From contig JANJGN010000014.1 of NCBI GenBank assembly GCA_026770705.1, forward strand, positions 90,954,001 through 91,018,000: DNA of 64,000 nt, read 5' to 3'. Under the pieces are notes generated by a model that was given only the letters and a program-made list of their open reading frames with translations, searched no databases and was not told the DNA's origin. How positions within the stretch are numbered: the first letter of the stretch is position 1; every line of letters starts with the position of its first letter. The stretch is from Isurus oxyrinchus (Eukaryota). The translations under genes and the position numbers were made by a program. Below are positions 26,663 to 40,442 of this stretch, piece after piece.

Positions 26663-28539
26663 ATGCAGGATTTTGCTGGCCAAATGGGGTGGGAGGCAGG
26701 CAGGCACACAAAGTTAGTATTCTGATGGTCAATGATTTTGCTGAGTGAGGGGGTCAGGTCTCGGCAACCCGCCTGATTTGGAGCAAAGATCAATTTAGCC
26801 TGTTAATGAACTTACTGTTAGCTTGTTAAGGACCAGTCTGCAATTTTCATGCAAAGACATGGGAGGCATGCTGGATCTGGAACAGGCCAAGTGGAAGGAG
26901 ACAGCAATGCAGCGGGGAGCCAGTTATGGCCACATCATTCAGTGAGATGGGCTAATAAGAGGGCACATAGTTGATGGCTATGTCTGTCCTCCAAGGGGGA
27001 ATGCCTACAGCTGCCTCTGTCTCTCTCAACTCCTATTATTCATTCATGATGCACTGTTCAATCAGTGCCACTGTTTTCAATCTTGTGCCAGGACCCACCA
27101 ATGTGAATGTGTGAATGCATCTGCGCTGGTGGAGGGTGTGCTTGAGTGATGCGATGTTGCTGGGTCTATAGATTTTATGTTGTCTGAAGACCCCTGAGAT
27201 GCTGCAGTAGCACTGGCATGCTCCCCCTCCTCAACTGGTCCTGTGGGAGGCATAAGAAAGAGAGCATGAGAATTCATCTCTAACAGCTGATGCCTCTGCA
27301 CACTTGAGGGTCCCCAATATAGCTGAGGTTTTGACATGCTGTTAGATGAGGAGGAGTGCACTTCATCCCTTTAATCTACAGAATTCAATATCTTTTTCAC
27401 CCTCTCCCACAAGTATTCTCATCTATTCATTGTCCAGTTACTTATGAGATGCCTCTTGCTAGATGTCAAGTGCTGCCTCCAGTGGCACTCCCCATGCGTG
27501 TGCCCTCTCCCTTACATTTTGTACCTTCTTCCCTGTCTTCAGGTACCAGGAACTTCTGTGTTGGTCCATGGTTATGTTTGCAAGTTACTGTAGTGATTTG
27601 CCTTTGCCTTCTGCAGATGACTGACCAGCAACCTCTCCCACTCTTTTGCCTGCCATTGCTGTATGTTGGAAGGATTTACAAGTTTGTACTCAACTTGTTT
27701 GGCTGTGTTATGAACACACTTTTCTTGGCCATCATGTCCGGGCATGGGATTTGAACCTGAGCTTCTGGTTCAGAGGTAGGGGGTACTACAAGACCTCCTT
27801 ACCTTCTTCTACAAGGACAAAAGAGAGAGAGAGATAAAGCAATGCTCGCCTCGGTCACCAATTCCAGCTGCACACTTAACTAAGATGCTACGTTTATCAG
27901 TGCTGCCAGCTCCTCATTTGCACTAGGGCTTTAAGCCTTACTGATGGCTTTGAGCCTTGCTGACAGGTCAGTAATTGCTCTGGACACATATTTCTCCCAT
28001 GTTCTGGAGGACCAGATGACCTCAGGCTCTGTTCCAAAGAAGAGTCATATTGGATTCAAAATGTTAACTCTATTTCCCTCTCCACGGATGCTGCCAGACC
28101 TGTACTTTCTGTTATTAGCTCAGCTGGTATGTCTGCTGGTAGCTGCAGACGTGGAAGCCCTACATCTGGATGTCCCATTGCACTCACTTTGCCAGAACAA
28201 AGATGGTCCTTAAACATCTGATGGTACTGCACCCAAGTTCTCCTCATGATACTGCAGCTGCCCACATGCTCTGCCACTTCCAGGCAGACCTGTTTGATTC
28301 GAATGGTTATCCTTCTCCTGCCAGTCTCTAGGAGCAAAATCCCTTACCTTTCTCACACAGCTTCCAGCATGACCTCAAAGCTGGCATCAATAAATCTCGG
28401 GGCCGCCCTCCCATGGATGCCTGGCCTCTGCCTTAGCTCCTCTTCACTTCTGCATGCCATTGCATTGTAAGATAGTTGCCATAATAATGGTTGCGTCATC
28501 CTTGGAGAAGGGTCCAAGATCCATTGCAAAATCCTGCCC
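26663..28539 (-). mobile_element. Old, internally deleted Harbinger element with a Myb/SANT-like exon
   Basis: TIRs GCAGGATTTTGC / GCAAAATCCTGCCC. About 28185-28460 encodes RAAPRFIDASFEVMLEAV..CLEVAEHVGSCSIMRRTWVQYHQMFKD. Confidence 0.72.
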
Positions 28540-29089
28540 TCCATTTGTGGAGTTCCTTCATGGCAAAGTCCATGTGGTTTTATGCTTTGGCTCCAAATGA
28601 TTCAATGCCATGCAACTTCACTTTTTTGTTTGTCATTTTAATGCTGCTCTTTTTTTCCCCCTTTTCCCACCATTCTCAGCTCAGCCTGCTGACGTGGAAT
28701 CATTTGGCACAGAAGGAGGCCACTGGCCCACCGTGCCTGTGCTGGGTCTTTGAAAGAGCTATCTAATTAGCTCCATCCCTTGTTCTTGCCTAAAATGTTG
28801 TCAAAATATGTACTTTGTGAAATGTCAAACTTTTACATCAAAGCCTCTTCCTTCAGGTATGGGTGAAATGGCCGTGGATGCTCAGTTGCTTAGTATATTC
28901 AAGACACATAGAAATAGGTTTTTGGACCCCAAGGCAGAAGGCAGAAGTTTGAAGGACTTTGTAATTGAGATTGATGACATATATGCTGAGTTGATTGCCA
29001 AGCCAATTTGTAAGATCTGTCTTAGTTGTATTTGCCATTTGATGTGAATAGCTAGGCATGCCAAAAGAGTTCACTAAAGTGAACTATGA

Positions 29090-29525
29090 TGAAGCAGCTT
29101 GCTTGATTGGCATCACATCCACAAACATTCACTCCCTCCACCACTGATGAACAGTGGCAGTAGTGTGTACTATCTACAAGATGCACTGCAGGAACTCACT
29201 GAGACTCCTTAGACAGCACCTTCCAAACCCACGACCGCTACTATTTAGAGGGACAAGGGCAGCAGACACATGGGAACACCACCATCTGGAAGTTCCCCTC
29301 CAAGCCACTCACCATCCTGACTTGGAAATATATCGCTGTTCCTTCACTGTCACTGAGTTAAAATCCTGGAACCCCTTCCCTAACAGCATTGTGTGCATAC
29401 CCACACCACAGGGACTGCAGCGGTTCAAGAAAACAGCTCACCACCACCGTCTCAAGGGCAATTAGCGATGGACAACAAATGCTGGCCTAGCCAGCGATGC
29501 CCACATCCCATGAATGAATAAAAAT
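29090..29525 (+). mobile_element. 3' end of a non-LTR retrotransposon sharing its tail with the local SINE
   Basis: ORF remnant VAVVCTIYKMHC..SWNPFPNSIV..LQRFKK; tail GGGCAATTAG..AAATGCTGGCCTAGCCAGCGATGCCCACATCCCATGAATGAATAAAA. Confidence 0.75.
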
Positions 29526-31926
29526 AAACACATTTTAACAAAAGTGCCCAGACTGTAAACCAGGGCTGTGTTGATCAGTAGAAAAGTAACTCTGGGAAGC
29601 TACGTCATCAGGACTGTTGTCATGAGGGGGAGAGGGCTCGTAGAAGGAAACCGTGTCAGTATTAATCATATCCAGGGACCTCAGATGGAAGCAACTCGAG
29701 AGCCAAATCCATTGAGTGGGAAATGTGAGAGTTGGAAAGACTGAGACTGCATACGATGTCGCTTTTGTGCAAGGAGTGATGTGAATGCTTGTAATTTTAT
29801 GAGACCTATCTTTGTTGTATTGATTATTTGAAGAGAAATTCATCATTTCTATTGAAATACCATTTATCTGTGCTTAATTTTATATGGATTTTAGGTTTGA
29901 ATGTTACAGTAAAAGTTCTAAAAAGTGAAATCTTGTCCATCGATTCCTTGTGTCAGGAGATCCCTTTCTCTTCAAGCTATTGGTCCCTATGGGTATCATA
30001 ACATTGTTAATGGCAATTGCTCCATATTGTGTTCCTTTTTCCTCTAAACACAAACTGGAAAAAGCAACATGAAATGCACAAATAGATGCATTATTTTTTC
30101 TTCTTCTTTGCATATATTTTCGTGTTTCTTTTAAGGCTGGAAAACTTTGGCTACATCAAGGTGAGGTAAGCGAGTTATGGATAATGGAAAACAGAAAATT
30201 TCCTTAATGTCAGCAGCACACATTCTTTGGGCAGGTATAGCGCTGGTTAAACACGGATTGGTACACTGCTTCAAAATCATAAAAAACCCTTTGTGTGCTG
30301 TTTTCTGTTTTCCACATTGGTCATCCCAAACTTTGGATGGTTCCAACTGTGGTTTAAGTGAGATTTGTGCTGAATGAGGTGCAATTTTATGCTGTTTTAT
30401 CACATCTACTAGGAATCAATTTGAGAATTTTTTTAATGTAGCTTCTTTCAGGTCAGTATCACACATCAGCCTAGAGAACTGGCAAAAGTTGATATATGTA
30501 CCTCAGGCCCTTCCCTATTAAATTTTGATTTTGAAGCTTTATTTCTTGAATTTTGAAGCCTATTGAAATTCTGCCTTTCAAGTTAAAACAATGGTAGAGC
30601 GGCAATCAGAGTCAAATTGCCACTTCGCTCCGAGTTACTTACCTGGAAGTCCAACAACTCCTTTCTTGCCCGACCTTTGGAGTCAGGCCGGGCGAGAACT
30701 GTGTAGGGCAGCCGCTCCTGAGGCCTTCAGTCGAGGGCTGGAGAGTCAGAGGTAAGGAAGCTATACCCTCTTTTTTCCAGCACTAGCTGCCATAATGCAG
30801 GTAAGTCTGGGGGTTTCAGTCAGTTGGTGGATGGGAGGGGTGGGAGTTGGTCAGTGGGAGTTAGCACGAGAGTTACCCAGGTGTTAGAAGTGGTTTTAAT
30901 TCTTCTAGCTTTTCCTGAGGAACTATTACTGTAAGACAGTAGGAACCATCCAAAGTTTGCTATTAATATCATACTTTTTGGATGGTTCCGATTGCCCAAC
31001 TGAAGTTTGAACTTCCCAGATAGTTGCTGGGCAATCCTTACCTGGGGCCTTCAGGGGTGGGGTGGGAAGTGGGGGGCATGGGGAAGTGGGGGTTCCCCAG
31101 TGCATCCCGAAATTATGACACCAGGAAGCTCGGAAGTTACGGACCATTTTCTCTGCACAGGTTAGATACTTACAAAATAAAATTTAAATAATTTGTTCAG
31201 AATTCAATACCATTTCACAAGTTTGAATATGGCTAACACCAGATACATCATGTTAATTTACACACTATAATCTTACACTACACAAACCTATAATAATTTC
31301 CGCCAATATTGCAAAATTGGCACACTATCACAATTGTCCGAGTGGGTGAGTCACCATCACTGAAACATATCCATAGAAATTAACTCTAATGAAGTTGTTT
31401 CCATACATAAACCTGTTTTTAACTCTTTCAAAAACAATTGCACCCTACAATCATTTCAAAAAGACTAAAATGCTCAAAAATGTATTGGGATGAATTTTAT
31501 GCACTTGGTTGGACCAGACTGATTAACTCAAGTCTAGAGTTTGCAACATGTTATACTTTTATTGATTTTTATTGTCACTTCTCAAATTTTCCCATTGACT
31601 TTGACCACTATAATACGGATTGTGCAGATTTTCTTCTCAGTCACTGTTTGATAACAAACAGACCGCCATTATGAACATGTAAACAAACTGAAAATCTCTT
31701 TCAGTTACAGAAGATAGCCCAATATTATAAACCATCCACAAAAAAACTGCTCACAACATACATCGTGGTCATACACTGTAGTAAAATCTTAAATATGGTG
31801 ATGTCAGCATAATGATTTAAAGTAAAATTAATTACCCATTCGCATATTTCCAACCATACTACCTGTTTTATTTCTAAAGGCTGATAATTCTACATCTGCA
31901 TTGACAGGTATGTTCATATAAAGCTA

Positions 31927-32072
31927 AAAGCAAAAAACTGCAGATGCTGGAAATCCAAAACAAAAATAAAAATACCTGGAAAAACTCAACAGGTCTGGCA
32001 GCATCTGCGAAGAGGAACACACCACAGATGTTGCCAGACCTGCTGAGTTTTTCCAGGTATTTTTATTTTTGC
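31927..32072. mobile_element. Palindromic mini-insertion of two Penelope 3' ends
   Basis: Inverted arms; 14-bp TSD TTCATATAAAGCTA at 31913-31926 and 32073-32086. Confidence 0.88.
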
Positions 32073-34609
32073 TTCATATAAAGCTATTTGGTGTATTCAT
32101 GGCAAAACAAGATCTGCAACTTAATTTCAACTTATACACAGGAAAACTGTCAGGTGTGCTCTAGGGAGTTCCTTTCAGGAAGATTAGAATATTTTAAAAG
32201 TTGGATTTATTTAGTATGTTTTTGAGGATAAATACTAAGCAAAAGCATTTACAATTGCAAGTCTTAGAAACCATTGGATAGTCTGAAAATGTTTTTATCT
32301 GAAGTTTGTGCACAACCAGCAGGAGGAGAAAGTGACATGCAGGAGAAGTGTGCTTCTACAAATTCTCATTTTCATTATCTAATCAATCTAATTGATTCAT
32401 GCTGACAACTTCCAATCCCAGTGAAAAATGCTGATTTTCTTCATACATTGTAACCTCTCCAGTCCAATTCGGAAACACCAGTTGTCCAGAAATTTTTTGA
32501 CCAGACCGAAGCATTCCTTCGACATCATTGGCATCACTTTAGTACAGTACTTTGAAAGCAGAAATACAGAAGATACAGTATTTGGATAGTAAAACAATTT
32601 TCATTACTGCCTTATAATGTTTCATCACTGTTTTATGTTTCAAGTAACTGTTTATATATTAGTTCACATTCTTGTGGTTAGGCAATCTATTCTCATTCTA
32701 TAATTCAGAAAATTCCAAAATCAAGAAATTATTTGGTCCCAAGCATTATGGACTGAAAAGTTTACAGTGGCACTCTGGCAAGCTGTCATGAATTAAAACA
32801 TTGGGCATCATATTAAAAAGTCTATGATGTCATGTCTGCACAAATTAACACCTGTGCCACTCAATCTTTTGTCAAGTTACTGTACTTCATACTTCTTCCC
32901 TTGGCTGTCACCAATCTCCAGCTCTTGCTTTTCTCCCTCTTCATTACATTAATCACGACATGGGAAAATGATTACCAACTTCCCTTGAACAGAGAAAATC
33001 TTCATTCCAGTGATCATTTTACCAGTATCTTTTACGGTCTAGTTATCTTGCACTGCAGGTTACTGTTCAGGTTACTTCATTCCTTTATTCATTATGGCTG
33101 CAGTAATATCAACATCTGAACATACAACAGTGATGGACAGGAAAAGGTCCATCCAGTTTCTCCCAACTACTGCAATGCCTTGTGCATCACGCTGTATACA
33201 AGGCAACTCACCTGAAAACCATGTAAATCTCCTGGGAGATTGTATGAGTTTTTTTAGTCAAGCCTGTACTTCGCATGACTGAAAATTTGTTTATCTATAG
33301 AATATCTGGGATAACATGCCAAGGGGTGAATAATGAATTCTTATACCATTAGGTTATTCTATTCAAATTGTGTAGGACTTCAACATATAATCTGATTTCT
33401 TGAAGTAGAAAAGCACAATTGGAACAATAAAACTCAGGTTAAAATTAATTAAAATTTAGCCTAAATTTTTTTTACAGAGTAAATTATCAGATTACATGGC
33501 AATGCATTCATTCATTAATTAGTACATTTCAAAGTTTTGTTTTGAGTTCAGCATAACAACTTGCATCAAGATTCTTAGGTCTTTTTCCACCCTCGCTCCC
33601 AAATACTTAACTAATGCATATACTAGATACGCACCAAGCCACGATAGTGTTCCAGTTCACTGTTGTGACATGAAGCTATATGGATGAATCACATGGAGCT
33701 GCATTTAACGCACCGCACCCCTGGGAGTGGGTTGGCAGGTGGGCGGAGGAATGTAAAAGTGGGCACAATGGCGTGGGCGCTATTCCCAGCACCCACCTGC
33801 CTGCGCCTTCCCACACTGCAATGTTACACATGGCAGGGATGGCATCAGAAAGGCCACCCACCCACCTGCAGGTCATCTGAGGCCCTTACATGGTCAATTA
33901 ACAGCTATTTAAGGGCCTCCTGATCCCCACTACAACTGGTCCCCTGTCAGGCGGAGATTGGTGCTAAGTGTGAAGTCCAGCAGCATTCATTATCCGGGCT
34001 GATGGCAGGAGGGGGCACTCTCCTTTATGGCACCGCCCAGGGCAATTAGAGGCCCCATCCATAGTCTTCCTTCTAACCTTGGGTTTGCCCACCCTTCCCA
34101 GCCTGTCCACCATGGCCTCCCAAACCTGCCAGCCTGGCCATGGAAATACTAGGCTACACCAACCCCACTTACCTTGGTGTCCGGCTCCAGAAATGATTGC
34201 CTTTAAGGACTGGATGCAGTCCCAGCAGTGACCCTGAGACTAAAGAGCTTCTGGCCATTTGGTTGGCATGCAACTCTGAGGCGGGACCGCCTCCCCAGAT
34301 GGAGGCAGAAGTCTCACCTCAAGCCACACAAACTGGGTAGGCTCACTCCAAACAGTTACACCAGAGGGGCAAGGACACCAGCTGAGCTTAAAATAATAGC
34401 CTTGAATTAAATTATTTTTAATCCTAGACGAAGATGTGCATTCGATTCAGAATTACTCTTTCTTCTAACCTTGGGTTTGCCCACCCCCCCCCCCCCCCCC
34501 CCACCCCCCCCCCCACCCCCCCCCAGCCTGTCCACCATGGCCTCCCAAACCTGCCAGCCTGGCCTTGGAAATACTAGGCCACACCAACCCCACTTATCTT
34601 GGTGTAAAA

Positions 34610-35134
34610 ATTCCATATTAATAAGGAGCTGCCGCTAACATCATGAAATGCTAATACTGGCACAATGCATCATCTATCTTTCTCTTATCAGATCAAGCAA
34701 CCAGTTTACTTTCCCAAAGGAAAAGAAGACTTCATTTTCAACAAGTGGTCTCGGAAGAACATGGGATTTTCATTTTTAACTTTAACCACCACACACAATC
34801 TTCACAAACATTTAAAGGCTTAAAGCCATGTAATCCAAAAATTTCAGACAGATGTGCTTAAGATATAGAATTACTATCAATTGAAACAGGATTCTAAAAC
34901 CATCACACTTCACACAAAACTTAGCAACCATTTCACAGAAATGTCAGAGTCAAAAGTGAAAAAATACACAAATATCTTTTTAAAATGAACCCTTTGTGGA
35001 GGGTTCCAGAACTTACTGTTTACAATTCATTCAAATGTAGTAGTAAAATGCGTTGATTGTCTTAAAACTTGGTTCACCTTATCAACAGTCCTTTCTGCTG
35101 GTTTGCAAAATTTCAAGGCAAGTATTGATCTTAT
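34610..35134 (-). pseudogene. Two exon-like remnants separated by a 160-bp GT-AG intron
   Basis: Exon 35134-35017 (IRSILALKFCKPAERTVDKVNQVLRQSTHFTTTFE*IVN, GTAAGT donor) joins in phase 1 to the exon starting at 34856 (THLSEIFGLHGFKPLNVCED). Confidence 0.5.
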
Positions 35135-35575
35135 CTAAATTGCCAAAATGATACTAAAATAATAACTATAGTTAATTCTTTAGAATGCCAAAGGAAGCTG
35201 CAGTGGAATATTGATACGATGAGGAATGAGCAAAAAGTGGCAGATCGAATTCAATGTCAATAAGTGTTAAATGATGCATTTTGGATAGATGCAGGCTCAG
35301 TGTTGTAGAAGAGAAGAGAGATTTAGTTGTTCAAGCTCACAGAACATTAAAGGCAGCATCTCAGGTTCATTAGGCTACAAATAATAATACTGGAGTTCTG
35401 GGCCTTGCCGTTAGATATAGAATACAAAAGTCAAGAAACATTGAGGAGTCCATATAAAACCTTATTAAGACCATAATAAAACATTAATAAGAGTACTGTT
35501 TGGAGTATTAGGTTTCACACCTCAGACCTGAAGAACTGGATCTTTATTTGCTTTAATTGTTTTAATGAAGATTAT

Positions 35576-36223
35576 GCGCAGAACTTTTAGCTTCGCAGGC
35601 GGGCATGCGCCCGACCCGATCTAACATGAAATTGTGCTCAATGATGATGGGCGAGCGCCCCGACGTAATCCCGTGCTAGAGCAATGTTTCGGTCTACAGG
35701 CACAGACAAAAGTCAGAAGTGTGCCTGCCGACAATTAACAGCGTAATTGTCTGCAATTTTTCATTGGCTGTCCAACCTTACGGTTGGTGGATGGGCGAAT
35801 CAGCCAGGTGGCCTTGACATTTTTCATCAAACCTCATCCACAGCTGGGAAGAGCTTTCTGTGATGAAATAAAATGTAAATAAATTTATGTGGACAGTATT
35901 TTCAGTACCTAAATTTTCAGGTGATTTATAATGATGCATGGACACTTTCAGCATCTGAAACTTTTATTTTTGATTTTTCAGGTCTTTGGCACCCTGAGGC
36001 AGCTCTCTGCCCTCAGGGCACTTTCTCTCAATGCTGGCCCGCGCCCACGTTGATGTAATTGTCTGCCTTCTTCCCACTCCCACCCCGGCAGCACTGAGCT
36101 TCTGAGTTGACTGGCCAGCCAGCATGCAATCGCAATCGGAGGCCGACCGCAGTCCGCAGTCTGTCCTCCGGCCAGTCCCGGGCCCGCCAATCATGCCTGC
36201 CCACTGGCCTAAAAATTCAGGCT
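35576..36223. mobile_element. Harbinger-type MITE inside a CR1 remnant
   Basis: Degenerate TIRs GCGCAGAACTTT / AAAATTCAGGCT; TAT/TAT TSD; homologous to the MITEs at 21913 and 47469. Confidence 0.72.
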
Positions 36224-36787
36224 TATGAGTTCATTTCATGAAGGTATTAGAACTTATGAAAGGCTGGGACAGGGCAGATGAAAAAAATCTGTTCCGGTCA
36301 TTAAGAGTGAAACAATAAGAGCCCACAGGTCTCCCAGGAGGTTTTGGGTGATGTGCAGTGTATCACAATTATATAGGACAGGCTGGAAGGAACAGGAAGA
36401 CTTTAGTTCTCTGTCATTGCTTGGATGTTCATGTTATAGGAAGCTTATTCAAATGAGAGCTATCATAATGAGTTTAAACAAAAAAAAACTAATCACTGAC
36501 TCAGAATGTTCTGCATTGATTCCTCAATGTTAGATAATAAATTGAAAATGTATTTGTATGAATGAATAAGAAAACTTGGATACCATTCAAAATTAAATAC
36601 TCAACATCAGCGAATAACAATAATTTTTATAGTGGTTTTGAAACAAAACATCCCAAGGCATTTTACAAGTGCTATTAAGCAAAATTTGATACTGAGCCAC
36701 ATAAAGAGATGTTAGGCCAGATGACCAAAAGCTTGGTCAAAACGGTTGGTTTTCAGAAGCATCTTAAAGGAGGAAAGCGAGGGAGAG

Positions 36788-37742
36788 TGTTGGTAGTTTT
36801 AATATTGATAATTTTAGTGTGACTTGACCATTTTGTGGTCTGATTCAATAGTAAGCTAACATGGTCAGAAGCCATTTTGAACTAATGCAGGAGACATTTT
36901 AAAAACTAACCAGTTACAGAATTATTGGAAACCAGCCAGGAATTATTTAACAAGTAGTGAGTCTCAATTGTGACAGCTGAAGAATAAATAATTCATCAAT
37001 AGATTTATTGGTAAAGGCTGGTAATATAATCTGTAACAGAAAATCTGTAATGTTTTATGTTTTATAATAACACAGAATTAACAGATGATTTTCATTTTAA
37101 ATATGCTAATTGAATATTATGAGAGTACATTGTAAAATGTGTTTCTCATCCAGTCTAGAAAGATAAGGTATGCTAAAGTCGAAGCCATCATGATCTTGGG
37201 TAAAAAATAGGGTATTGTATTACTGTACAGGAAGATGGTCACTTGGAACATTCTGAGTAACCCCCATTGTGTTACTGTATGAGAAGACTGCTCACATATG
37301 TTAGGAGCCAATCATAAATAATCAGACAGTTAAGTTAACCAATTATTGCTTGACAGTTACGCCAATTCGAGATGAGAAAATATGAGTTGTGAGTATCAAC
37401 ATGAAGGTTTCAAGAAGTCATTTAGTTAGCATGTTATCCATGTACTGAGTGACCAGAGGGCCATCATCACATCATGCCTTTGGCCTGATCACCTGAGGAA
37501 GCCATGAAAAGTCTGTTTAGTTGTTAAGCTTCTTCTTTTTACTGTTAATTGAAATCTTGTCTTCTATCTTTTTAACTTGTTACCTTTCTACCTTTTAATT
37601 GTCAATAAATATTTTGAATTTACCATCTGAAGTGTTCAGGCATGCCTGATGGTTAAGACTAGTGCGAATAAACGATTTATTACATAATTCACAATTGGGG
37701 ATTTATTGCAAATGAGTTGTACCCCATAAATCAAATTCAACA
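36788..37742 (+). mobile_element. Solo LTR inserted in an L2-like LINE tail
   Basis: TGTTG...CAACA inverted ends, 4-bp TSD AGAG, internal AATAAA. L2-like sequence at 36610-36787 resumes at 37743. Confidence 0.72.
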
Positions 37743-39262
37743 AGAGGCAGAAAGATTTTGGGAGGGAATTCCAGAACTTAGGGCCTTAGCAATAAAAGGC
37801 ATGGCTGCCAATTTTGCAGTAAGGAAAAAAAGGTCATGGAGGGATTTGAAAACACTTTGAAAATACTTTGTATTTGTTTATGCAGTGGAGGAACAGAAAA
37901 AATATCAGCAGTACAAGGAAACTCAAAAGTAAGTGAAGGGAAGTAATTCTGTGGCTTTAACGGAAGTAAAATAAAGTAATGGAAAAAATAATGTGACTTA
38001 AGATGGGCACATTTCCAGATCCTGATGGTTCTACTATGGATAGAGAAGAAATGGAATATTGCAGATGCATCAGTCATAATTTACCCAAATCTCTCTTTAT
38101 TTGGAATTGTGTATTTGGATTGGAAAATGTAGCTCTGTAAATTTTAGTAGGAAAAATAAGGAGGTCAGCTACACCTTGGAAAATAAGGATGTAATCATCC
38201 CAGATTTGCACTAAGTGCTGTAGCAGGCAAGTAAAACAGCGTTTTACCCGCAGGCCACAATGGCAGCTTTTCACGCCATATCATCCCAAACTTGCTGCAT
38301 TAATTATGCATTCCTGGGAAACATGCCGTTTACATGGCGGGCGGGCTCATATTCTCCTGGCACACCATCATCTTGCTGCTACATCACGCCGGGTGCCATA
38401 TTTAAACTGCAGCCACGAGCACACCTTTCAGTGCTTCTAGTCCACAACTGGAAGACATGGCCTCGAAAGGCAAGAAGACTGCAGCCCCCAGGTTCAATGG
38501 CATGTCCCTCGAGTGCCTTTTGAATGCAGTGGAGGCCCACCATGATGTCCTTTACCCCTGCTCTGGCCGCAGGATGGGCAGCGACATTACTAATCCAGTT
38601 TGGGAGGCAGTGGCAGCGGTGATCAACAAAAGAGGACTGCCACCCAGGGCCACAAGAGGAAGAATGATCTCCTTCTTTCCTCCAGTATAAGTCACTCTTC
38701 TCATCACCTGCAACTCACACACTCGCAAACCAATCACACATCCAAAGGACCCTCACTCACTGCCAGTTCAAGGGACATCACCATTCACTCTCTCACACAC
38801 ACCTTCATTGTCCTCATTATCATCTGGCCGGGCAGATGTCCTGCTTATGCTCTCTCCATCTCTATTTATGCAGGATACGTTGGCAGACAACAAGAGGGAG
38901 AGGTCGCAAACCGGTGGAAGAATGCCTGAAATCACTGTCCTCACAGGTCTGGACCATTCCTGTGCTGACGGTGAGGTTGGCGGTGTTCTACCAAGTGCGA
39001 ATCCAGCAGTGCAACATCTATCACACAACCATGCTGTGAGTGATGTGTCCTGTTTCACAGGTCACAGCCATGTACTAATGCTTGTGCAGGAACATCTGCC
39101 AAACAGTCGACAGAGCCCACAACCCAGGGCCAGAACCTTGCTGAGTTGGAGTAAGATGACAAGCCTCTGGACACAATCATGTCACCATTGCTGGAGCTAC
39201 AAAGGCAAGCCCGGGACATCAAGAAGGGATGTATGCTGTACTCCTCAGATTGCAAGGTGGAG

Positions 39263-39693
39263 AGGTGATAGTATAGCGGTATTGTCGCTGGACGAGTAAT
39301 CCAGAGACCCAGGGTAATGCTCTGGGGACCTGGGTTCGAATCCTGCTACAGCAGATGGTGGAATTTGAATTCAATAAAAATCTGGAATTAAAAGTCTAAT
39401 GATGACCATGAAACCATTGTTGACTCTGAAATGGCCAAGCAAGCCACTCAGTTGTTACAAAATCACAAAAAGGGAATGAACGGACAGACCACGGACAAAT
39501 CAACCTAGATACCAGAAACGACAATGGCAATCTCAGCCCTGTCAACCCTGCAAAGTCTTGCCTGCTAACATCTGGGGGCTAGTGCCAAAATTGGGAAATC
39601 TGTCTCATAGTCAAGCAACAACCTGAGATTGTCATACAGATAATGTCCCAGACACCACCATAACCATCCCTGAGTATGTTCTGTCCCACTGGC
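39263..39693 (+). mobile_element. LINE 5' end: tRNA-like SINE head followed by APE endonuclease start
   Basis: B-box GGTTCGAATCC and SINE-like body, then ..LLTSGG/NIWGLVPKLG..VKQQPEIVI..DNVPDTTITIPEYVLSHW (frameshifted). Confidence 0.7.
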
Positions 39694-40089
39694 GTCTACA
39701 GACCCTGGACCTAGCTAGGCACAAATCAGCGATGGCTTGCTGTGACTTTTCGGCAGTGTATGTGGGAGCCCCAGCCACCCCTTCTTCCAGAGGATACTGC
39801 TCTTCCCTCAATGCAGCCAGGTGCCTCAGGCACTCTCTTCTCTGTTGTCCTTGCTCTCTGTATGCACAAGGCAGACAGCTAGTTCACCAGGCTCCATAAT
39901 CCTAATGAAAGAGATAGACATGTGGGTTAGCATGGGTGTACTACCCCTTAACGCATCCTGGAGAGAGTGCTGGCCACCACTTGGAAAGTGCGCTGTATGG
40001 CTGCCTGAAACCCCACCTTCCTCCACCCCACTCCAACTAATCAGCTTTGGCTATTGGACTTCATGCTGTGTTCTCAGCTCCGGCATTCT

Positions 40090-40442
40090 CTTTTTTTTAT
40101 TTGCTCATCACTGTCTAGGTCAGCATTTATTGCCCATCCCTAATTCAATAATTGTTTAGAGGGTATTTAAGTTTAAGAGTCAACCACATTGTTGTGTGGT
40201 CTGGAGTCACATGTAGGCCAGACACCATAAGGGCAGCAGATTTCCTTCCCTAAAGGGCACTAGTGCCCTAGATGGGTTTTTATGGCAATTGGCAATGGTT
40301 TCACAGTTGTCATCAGACTTTTAATTCCAGATTTTTATGGAATTCGAATTTCACCATGTGGTGGGATTCGAACCCGGGTCCCCAAAGCATTACCCTGGGT
40401 CTCTGGGATAGACGTCAGTGACAATACCACCATGTCACCACC
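40090..40442 (-). mobile_element. tRNA-derived SINE
   Basis: Reverse complement of the SINE family, with GGGATTCGAACC B-box. Confidence 0.78.

Noticed and set aside
37200-37275. Minus-strand peptide NVPSDHLPV resembling an EEP-nuclease motif
   Set aside because: It lies inside a TSD-bounded solo LTR (36788-37742) with a stop shortly after; probably chance.
39263-39345. tRNA gene
   Set aside because: A/B boxes only, no cloverleaf acceptor stem; continues into SINE/LINE body.
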